Of a stretch of 39,112 nt of DNA, positions 35,101-39,112 are shown one piece after another. This stretch comes from a virus. Lineage: Duplodnaviria > Caudoviricetes. Below the pieces are notes generated by a model. The model was not told the origin of the DNA, did no database searches, and saw nothing but the letters and a program-made list of their open reading frames with translations. The position numbers were made by a program, and so were the translations under genes. Position 1 is the first letter of the stretch, and the number at the start of each line of letters is the position of its first letter. The DNA lies in the IMG/VR virus record IMGVR_UViG_3300038809_000040, positions 1 through 39,112 of that record; one strand, written 5' to 3'.

Positions 35101-36566
35101 TTGTGTGGTCCAACGGTGCGGGGCAGATCGGCTCGGCGGTAGACGTGACCGTGGTACAGAACGCGACCCAGTCGCCAGGTCTGTTCGCCAACGGTAATCG
35201 CTGGTCGGGTATGAAGGCGGGCACCGGCCGCCGCATGCGCACCGTCGTTGTTGCTCGGGCAATCTCGGGCACTGCGTCGATCACGGCTCGCTGCCGTGTG
35301 CGTACGGGTGGGGTGGCTGGTGAGGGCAATAATGACCAGACAACCCCGAACCTGACCACGGAGTGGCAGCGGTTCCAGCTAGAGCACCCCGTCGGTGACG
35401 ATCGTACGGAAGTCCTGTCCCACGTGTGGGTGACGAACCGTGCAGGGTCTACGGGCCCGGCGCGAGTCCTGATCGACCGGATCGAGTTCTACGACATTAC
35501 CAACGAGGTCAAGATTACCGCCAATGCTGCTGCAACGGCAGGCCTCACCACGGAGGTAAACCAGCAGGGCAGCAAGCTGGACGCGACTGCGCAGGACCTG
35601 GTGAGCCTGAAAACGCAGGTGGGGGATGTGTCGGCCGCCGGCTTCAACCAGTTGCAGACCAAAGTAACGCAACAAGGTGATGCGCAGGCGGCACAGGCGC
35701 AGCAGATTACCGGGCTGCAGTCGACCGTGGCGGGTAAGGCGAATGCCTCGGTGGTGGTGGAGTTGGACACCAAGGTCAACGGCACCATGGGCGGTGGCGG
35801 CAACCTGCTGGTCAACAGCTCGTTCGAGGAAAACGCCAGTGGCTGGTTCCACGCATGGAATCCGGGGGGGTGGGGCAACATCACGCGTGACCTCGCTGGC
35901 CTTGATTGGCGCCCTGCCAACGGCCACAACATCGGTGTAAGTAGGGGCGGCGTTGTGGCCCCCAATAACTACGCCGTTATCTACGTCACCCCCTACGTCA
36001 CGGTTCAGCAGGGCAAGCGGTACATGTTCTCGGCAAAAATCGCCGGGCACCGTTCTAAGCGCCGGCTCGCCATCAAGTTCATGGATAGCGGCGGGAACAT
36101 GCTGAGCGAGCCTGCGACCTCGTGGCACAGCTCTAGCCAGTACGGTGACACGGGTGGTCTCCAGCTGGCTAACTGGGAGTTTGACTACCTCGCAGCCGTG
36201 GCCCCAGCTGGAGCAGTTTACGCAGCAGTCGGTCTATGGGCTGACGGTAACAACCAGAACGATCCCTACGTGTGGATGACTCAGCCCATGTTCGAGGAGG
36301 TGCCGGCGTCCAAGAGCTACCCCAGCCCTTGGTCGGCTGGCGGCCGTGACGCCTCGGCGAGCTGGAGCGTGATGACCGATGTCAACGGCTACATCGCGGG
36401 CCTGCAGCTCAAGAACAGCGGCAACACGTCGAACTTCCGCGTGCTGGCCGACAAGTTCGAAATTGCGGCGCCTAACGGTGGCCAGCGCACGGAGTACAGC
36501 GACGGGAACTGGCGCACCTACTACCCGAACGGGCAGCTGGCCACGCGCATGGGCTGGTGGCAATAG
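32121..36566 (+). CDS. Central tail fibre/host-specificity protein with several CBM-like domains and DUF1983-like C-terminus (1481 aa)
   Basis: FN3-like N-terminus; alternating coiled coils and NL..N..F-type domains; TDVNGYIAG ... F.V.ADKF.I ... RMG.W end. Confidence 0.85.
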   Translation: MQARKLTLVEIGVGGLPSASPVAPRFSTWFPVPFKAPDVPPANGVTPTPVADGVVLEWDAVNLEGVVYVISRSESQDGPWTEIHRTTETRYVYSDGSGKTWWFQITPTVRGKTGTGTVVGVVPPTTSKDLAEQQAKLAAEISARIQAIADEAAARAAGLAQAAQDLVAEALLRQQGVTEAMQAISAEAQARIDALLNEKLEREAAISHEQQLRQSADESLARAVSEVAAGSGTQFDSIKLWPFNQTTEGWTGNGAPTLVDGWLRPANHAAAPWVQSPVALAVDGSAYRFVKLRVKRVGSPTWSGFLQWITATDQAWNTQKRAAIPEPAWDVNGVATVDVQDIVWWPATVDAIRLQLGAAQTVANYYLIDYIAVGRPQPGASVALVQEETQARITADAAEATQRTALAVQMRGNYTGTDPLQLTAGLAYEELKARVAADSAQVQRISTMEARMPVGTGSLATAASVTALQEATATTTNALAQSITTINATLPSMISQGSNLVVNGGWQAGRDVGWSYSSPTMLVAATEGRAGSAAFRADGVNGVRTAIANGILPGGRDMEAKPGKKYRYGCWYRTTADFNGTPDNSKLRLATQTAALVGGATPFLPGKSEWTYLGAVYTVAENTSITALQLSLTMNHTAGTLWVDDVALEEVTELLANAQAISDLSTSVTQLGNTVTSQAWQLTALRSDLTGVSGRTDANASALQNLTTRVTTAEGKIDSTSTSVIKLQSEMKASLAGGGGMFPSGTFEQFADGHLLSQGYGTTFTVNTSAKRNGNRGLLIQVPSDTRPDLNADCYPVTEFIPLVGVRRLYVEAWAALSSGSAEIPPDNKSNLRIGVQTSAAGVGGTSNVWTTVNWGVASLSKTSWTKVSGYVTTNASAAQGRLFVSLPGHATDPKSQRVIGSILLLDDIVITDVTEAYGAQQSSEANAQAITGLASRVTSAENTLASTASQVTDLNTTITTTFNRGDNINTNSGFDGGMAPFVKTNTGATGGDIVWSNGAGQIGSAVDVTVVQNATQSPGLFANGNRWSGMKAGTGRRMRTVVVARAISGTASITARCRVRTGGVAGEGNNDQTTPNLTTEWQRFQLEHPVGDDRTEVLSHVWVTNRAGSTGPARVLIDRIEFYDITNEVKITANAAATAGLTTEVNQQGSKLDATAQDLVSLKTQVGDVSAAGFNQLQTKVTQQGDAQAAQAQQITGLQSTVAGKANASVVVELDTKVNGTMGGGGNLLVNSSFEENASGWFHAWNPGGWGNITRDLAGLDWRPANGHNIGVSRGGVVAPNNYAVIYVTPYVTVQQGKRYMFSAKIAGHRSKRRLAIKFMDSGGNMLSEPATSWHSSSQYGDTGGLQLANWEFDYLAAVAPAGAVYAAVGLWADGNNQNDPYVWMTQPMFEEVPASKSYPSPWSAGGRDASASWSVMTDVNGYIAGLQLKNSGNTSNFRVLADKFEIAAPNGGQRTEYSDGNWRTYYPNGQLATRMGWWQ

Positions 36567-36621
36567 CGAAAAGGCGGGAGGGGCAAACGTCCTCCCGTCA
36601 ATCAATAGAGGAGTAGAGCGC

Positions 36622-36921
36622 ATGCCTGCGGGCATTCAGACCTTCAATCTCGACGGATCGTTGGAGATTGACTACACGACCCGCTTGGGGCTGTTCATCG
36701 GCACGGTTCAGACCGACGCCGTGCACGGTAATTCGACCTGGGTTGGGCCACTGCCACCAGGGGATTTTCTCTTCTACGTGGTGCCGCCTCCGGCGCAGCC
36801 TGGCCGCACCCCAACCGTTTGGTACTCGGATGGCCGGGTGTATTGGGGAACGGATGTGGATGGCAACGGGCAACCAGTCTTCTCCCTGGTTCCGGCAACT
36901 GTCCTTTACGGGGTGCACTGA
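36622..36921 (+). CDS. Tail-tip accessory protein (99 aa)
   Basis: MPAGIQTF..DG.L.ID.TTRL ... YGVH type found after J-like genes; GAGGAG RBS. Confidence 0.75.
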   Translation: MPAGIQTFNLDGSLEIDYTTRLGLFIGTVQTDAVHGNSTWVGPLPPGDFLFYVVPPPAQPGRTPTVWYSDGRVYWGTDVDGNGQPVFSLVPATVLYGVH

Positions 36922-36922
36922 A

Positions 36923-37609
36923 ATGCTAATAGGAGGGTTTGAGGCATACACCCCATCTGGAACGGTGCAGGTCCGAAGCGATCTGCTCAACTTCCATCTG
37001 CGCCACAAGTTCGATATCAACGAAGCTGGCGCCGTTGCGTACCAGGTGTCGGGGATCGTAGTAACCCGGTACGTCACGCGTGACTTCCAGGCCAAGAGCC
37101 CAGTAGTTGCGGTCACTGGTCCGAACAACAATTTCGGGCTCAGCGTGATTCTGACCAATCTCGGCGGCAACAACTGGCGAGTGTCAGCCTACACGGGCTC
37201 ATCGTTTGTGTTCGGTACGGTGTGGGTATACGACTCGGTTGTGACTGGAACGCCGGGCAAGACCGGCATCGAGGTCTACCGAGAGCACACCGGTGAGCTG
37301 GCCTTCGCCTCGTGGGCGAAGCCCCTACGCATCATGGGCGTGACGACTGCTCCGTTCGGAGCGGCTGAGGGTGCATACATGCAGGTCCCGGCTGGCAGAC
37401 GCTACGCGGTGATTTCGTCTCGTTCGTGTCAGCGGATTGAGCGCGGCGTGGGCTTCCGCTTGACCGGGCCGCAGGGGGACGGGACCGGTGCAGCGGGTTC
37501 GGGGCGCTTCTACTATGCCGGTGCGACTGCCCTGATTCCGCAGTCCGACAATGCGACACAGTTCAGTGCATCGGGCCACTTCGTGCTGATCGACGTGACC
37601 GGCCATTGA
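36923..37609 (+). CDS. Tail-tip accessory protein (228 aa)
   Basis: GFEAY...G.VQV.SD ... GIEVY...GELAF.S..KPLRI ... LIDVTG. Confidence 0.75.
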   Translation: MLIGGFEAYTPSGTVQVRSDLLNFHLRHKFDINEAGAVAYQVSGIVVTRYVTRDFQAKSPVVAVTGPNNNFGLSVILTNLGGNNWRVSAYTGSSFVFGTVWVYDSVVTGTPGKTGIEVYREHTGELAFASWAKPLRIMGVTTAPFGAAEGAYMQVPAGRRYAVISSRSCQRIERGVGFRLTGPQGDGTGAAGSGRFYYAGATALIPQSDNATQFSASGHFVLIDVTGH

Positions 37610-37769
37610 ACTTCGGCCTAATTTCTCCGGATTACATGCAGCGTCCAGCCCGAGGTTCTGTAGTGCTTCGGTGGAACGCTATGCCATGGGCTGCAGCAGA
37701 TCCTCGCGGTTGCTCAGCGGAAGTTTGCCGAGCTGCTGATTCGTAGGAGCGCTTGAACGGGGGAGCGCA

Positions 37770-37810
37770 TAGACGGCCGCGGATGATGGGGCTATACCCG
37801 CGGCCGTCTA
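37770..37810. repeat. Perfect 13-bp inverted repeat (hairpin)
   Basis: TAGACGGCCGCGG-N15-CCGCGGCCGTCTA just past the stop of the reverse gene. Confidence 0.8.
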
Positions 37811-37815
37811 GTCTA

Positions 37816-38235
37816 TCAACGCAAATCGAATTGCTTGAGTTCTTCGGCTGTTGGCTGCACCTCAACTGCATATCCGCGTCGAATAGCTTCATCGAAATCT
37901 ATGGCCGATGCGGCGAAAGCATCCTGTTCGTCGAAGTCCCATTTTTCCAGGTACTCACGGGCGAGCATGTCGCAGATCGCAGTGGCACGCGCGTGCCGTT
38001 CATCTTTACCCATATCTCTGCTCTTATTGAGCTGATCGCGATGGATCTGGCAAAGAGTGAGCTCATGCAAGTCCTCAGCACGATCCCTTTCCCAAGTGAT
38101 GTCTGGCAAACCAGAAAGTGCAGCTGCAAGAGCGAGTGCAGTCATTGGCATGGCGGTGTCCAATGGTTGACGGAGATCTGAGGCTACTCGACCGCGTGCT
38201 GGCCTAGGTAGTTGAGAAATTAGGTATTTCACCAT
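37816..38235 (-). CDS. Reverse-oriented accessory protein (start may be 38151; possible signal peptide)
   Basis: MPMTALALAAALSG followed by a charged helical domain with two Cys; lower GC. Confidence 0.6.
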   Translation of the reverse strand: MVKYLISQLPRPARGRVASDLRQPLDTAMPMTALALAAALSGLPDITWERDRAEDLHELTLCQIHRDQLNKSRDMGKDERHARATAICDMLAREYLEKWDFDEQDAFAASAIDFDEAIRRGYAVEVQPTAEELKQFDLR

Positions 38236-38497
38236 CTATTCACCATTCGCCTGCGAATGGTGGCGAAGGTGCACCCGTTCTCTGAGCACCAGCTGGTGTT
38301 GTAGGGAGAACCCCGAACGTCAGTGGGCATTTGCCCGATAGCGCGGAGCCGAGTGGGCGGGCATCCTGACCTTGCCGGATCCGGGGCCGCAGGCAGCTCA
38401 ACCCGGGGGCGCGTGAGCAGCGCCGCGCCGGCTCAACTGCAGTGGACAGTGGGTTAGGGCTCCGGCCATAGTCACGGCTGGCCAATGGACGTGCCCT

Positions 38498-39112
38498 ATG
38501 AGCATCCTCAACGTACTGATCAGCCGTGACCAGCTTGTCGTTGCAGTGGATACGCTTGCGGAGGATGCCCTGACTGGCGCCCACTCTGCCGGTGCCAAGG
38601 TGCTCCTGATACCGCAGCACAACGTGCTACTGGCCACCAGAGGTGGAGCCCAGTTCTTCCTGAAGATCTACGAGCTGGCTCTGCAGGCGAGCTTCAGGGC
38701 CGACTTCTCCATTGAGCAGCTTTCGGCCGAGATGGGGCCTGTAATGGACCAACTGTGGTTGAACTATGAGAAGGCGGCCGCGGAGGCTGACCTGCCTATC
38801 GAACAGCTGGGGACGGAGATTGTCCTGGGCGGTTGGTCGCCCAGAAGCGGCAGGATGATGGCGACGGCCTACGCCAAGAGCGATAGCCGGCAGGCTACGT
38901 CAGTGCAGCCGATCGGTGGCCAGTTCGCATCACCAGGTGATCCACTCAAGGGCGTGGCGCCGAGCATGCTGCAAGTCGACTTGATGACTGCGGGACGGCT
39001 TCAGGCAAACTACCTCAACGAGCAGATGGGCCGTCAAGTCGCCGGAGGGCGTCTGCTGATCGGGTTCTTGCAGCAGGGCCAGGCTGTGGTGAAGGACCTG
39101 GGACCGATCTGA
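38498..39112 (+). CDS. Proteasome beta-subunit/Ntn-hydrolase-like protein (204 aa)
   Basis: After Met removal Ser1, Asp17 (VVAVDT), Lys33 (AKV), Gly48 (LATRG); EIVLGGWS strand; late VAGG. Confidence 0.65.
   Translation: MSILNVLISRDQLVVAVDTLAEDALTGAHSAGAKVLLIPQHNVLLATRGGAQFFLKIYELALQASFRADFSIEQLSAEMGPVMDQLWLNYEKAAAEADLPIEQLGTEIVLGGWSPRSGRMMATAYAKSDSRQATSVQPIGGQFASPGDPLKGVAPSMLQVDLMTAGRLQANYLNEQMGRQVAGGRLLIGFLQQGQAVVKDLGPI

Larger units (their letters stand above)
1..39112. mobile_element. Lambdoid/HK97-like temperate siphovirus prophage (integrase and att sites not seen inside window)
   Basis: Syntenic early-left, cI/cro, replication, Q, lysis, terminase, portal, protease, capsid and tail modules. 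Confidence 0.97.

Noticed and set aside
32121-39112. Diversity-generating retroelement or invertase-based fibre switching
   Set aside because: No reverse transcriptase, recombinase, TR/VR pair or inverted fibre cassette seen
1-39112. tRNA genes, CRISPR arrays, IS elements, att repeats
   Set aside because: None recognised by eye; the iterons have short spacers and lie inside the initiator gene, so they are not a CRISPR array

Overview
The window is a nearly complete lambdoid, HK97-like temperate siphophage (prophage). The host is probably Xanthomonadaceae/Stenotrophomonas, inferred from high GC and gene style only. From left to right it holds: an AlpA-type excisionase and a leftward early operon (no integrase inside the window); a two-gene cassette; a cI/cro switch with 17-bp operators; CII-like, replication O/P-like and nin-like genes; Q; a lysis cassette; HNH and a putative cos; TerS/TerL; portal, ClpP-type protease and HK97 capsid; head-tail joining and tail genes; and right-end accessory genes. 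The most notable observations are five. (1) The terminal 204-aa gene has the proteasome beta-subunit/Ntn-hydrolase catalytic spacing (Ser1, Asp17, Lys33). (2) Four neighbouring early genes each carry a beta-clamp-like QL[SDE][LMI]F/QLSL motif. (3) Two antisense accessory genes are nested in opposite-strand ORFs that stay translationally coupled at both ends. (4) Two Rmf/CrpP-like genes lie near a SutA-like gene. (5) The tail operon is permuted, with hub/distal-tail-like genes upstream of the tape measure. All family assignments come from motif recognition by eye, with no database searches.
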